The notes under the pieces are model-generated. The model was not told the DNA's origin. It worked only from the letters and a program-made list of their open reading frames with translations, and made no database searches. The translations under genes were made by a program, and so were the position numbers. A DNA stretch of 64,000 nt from the NCBI RefSeq assembly GCF_036321535.1, contig NC_087472.1:95296001-95360000 (forward strand), written 5' to 3'. The DNA is from Camelus dromedarius. Its lineage: Eukaryota. Positions 62,236 through 64,000 of the stretch are shown one piece after another. Each line of letters starts with the position of its first letter. Position 1 is the first letter of the stretch.

Positions 62236-64000
62236 AGCCAGCCTTTTAGTCCTTAGGTTCCTATCACTTATCAAGGTTAAAACAGCTCTGGCTGGTTCTG
62301 AAATTTTGCATATAAAATCAATTCCCTGTTGGGGTTATATCTTGTGAGCTACATTTAGAGCAAAGTAAAACTTACACAGACATACACAGAGTCAAAAAAA
62401 AAAAAAAAAGACTTCTCTTTATCAGCCTAATTTTGTGCAAATAAATAATGCACACATACAAGAGGAATTCCTGATCCCTGGATTCACTTATGAGTTCAGA
62501 GTAACAGTTATAGCTTCTTTTCACCCATTACTGAGTTTAATATACACGGGTTATTTTGTGCTTTGTTGGAACGCTCAGGTCCAGCCCTAGTTATGCTTGC
62601 CAATACCTAACCCACCTGATAAAGCAGTGTAAAATACCTGGTGATAGAGTAACACAATGTGTGGCTCTACAGAAATACAACCGATTTTTTAAATAGACAT
62701 ATGCTAAAAATCAAAAACTCAAATTTGGAAACAACCTAAGTCTTCAACAGTAACCCCCAAGAATTCATAAAAACAGAACTCTGCTGTCTGATTCTACAGA
62801 GCCGTGATGGGAATGTATACCTCTATTCAACTTATACTTCATTTGTGCCCAAAATTTTATAATTGTTTTAATTAATATGACCTTGAATCTGTAATAGATC
62901 CTTTGAAAGGTCCTTAAGAGTGCTGAGACTCCTGTGATTACCCTGGGTTCTAGGATGGCATTAAGGAAGGTATATCATTAAAAACTGTTAAGTCTCATGA
63001 GGAAGGATAGTCCATAGACTGTACTGCCACCACTAAGGTGACAGTGGAGGCAGTCATAGGGTGGGGTGAGCCGTCGAACTCCATTTCGTCCCTGGTGGTT
63101 TCTCCCCAACCTGCAACGAGCCTCACATGACCCATACTTGACTTACCACTTTAAGGCCATGCCCCTGGCCAGCCATAGCTCTGTGATTCTCGTGCTTTTC
63201 TGCAGGTGTTACCAGTCCATGACAGTGTGTGCTCACACGTTCCCTGGGTCCCTCACTTCTGCCTGGCCAGTTACTTCTCCAGGTGCCTTTTACTTGCCAC
63301 ATTAAGAACAGTGTCTTGCCAATTATACCCCTACAACAGGATGACGTTTCTTATACATAAATCAAGTTTGTGTTCCCCACTAACTCTTTGAGCACTTCAG
63401 TGTGTTAAGTAAAGTTTGAGAACAATTCCATTGCTTCCTTTAAACAACACACACAGAGCCCTAAAACTAATACACTGTTAAGAGAAAAATCTCATATTTT
63501 ACCCTGAAAAATGCCTTTAATGTACTTTCAGATTTTATAATCTATCCAGTCATCCTTTGTTAATACCTGCATTGTTAATATAGGAATAAATACTTTGTTA
63601 TAGCTCCCCAAAACAATCTTCCACAACCCTAATCACTTAAATATCTATTAAACCTAAATGCATTTCTACTTTTGAAATGTGTTTTTTGACAATGCATCTC
63701 ATAATAATTTTCAGTGCTTAAGTATATACTCATGTAGTTGAACTGGAAGGTTAGATATAATGTTGTAATAGCTAAGCCATGCTTATTCAAGGGAGCTTCA
63801 TAATAGATTTATTTTTGCATATATTCAACAGGGAGCAAATAAGGGTATTTTTCCCTCCCTTTCGACTCCTGTCAAGTGTGTTCATTGGAGAAGAAGAATG
63901 CATTTGAAGAGATTATTTATTCTCCTTTATTAAAATGAATATAAATAAAGACAAAGCCCATTACATTTCACTGGCAGCAAAGTCTTATTCTGAAAGGTTA

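Noticed and set aside
1..64000. A novel multi-gene biological system
   Set aside because: No ORF exceeds ~120 aa, most overlap decayed transposons, and no intact gag/pol/env, transposase or L1 ORF is present.

Overview
This is mammalian genomic DNA, most likely camelid (camel/alpaca/llama). The inference rests on several tRNA-derived SINEs with the Vic-1-type 'AAATAAATAAACCTAATTACCTCCCC' tail plus young L1 3' ends. I recognise no protein-coding exon, RNA gene or CRISPR array, and the supplied ORFs look spurious. The window is an AT-rich intronic or intergenic stretch dominated by transposable elements: L1, L2, MIR, Vic-1-like SINEs, MaLR/ERV solo LTRs and hAT MITEs, often nested with readable target-site duplications (TSDs). 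Between them lie several unique, repeat-free blocks that look like enhancers or CTCF sites. L1s, LTRs and poly(A) tracts lie mostly on the + strand, suggesting an intron of a minus-strand transcript. The most interesting region is ~31.8-40.9 kb. It holds a solo-LTR hotspot, a 35-bp G-quadruplex-motif minisatellite expanded inside an LTR U3 next to a CpG-rich ISRE/ETS/CRE element, and an LTR inserted in inverted orientation into a same-family LTR. I found no convincing evidence of a new multi-gene system. Repeat family names come from recalled consensus resemblance rather than a database search, and boundaries without a TSD are approximate.
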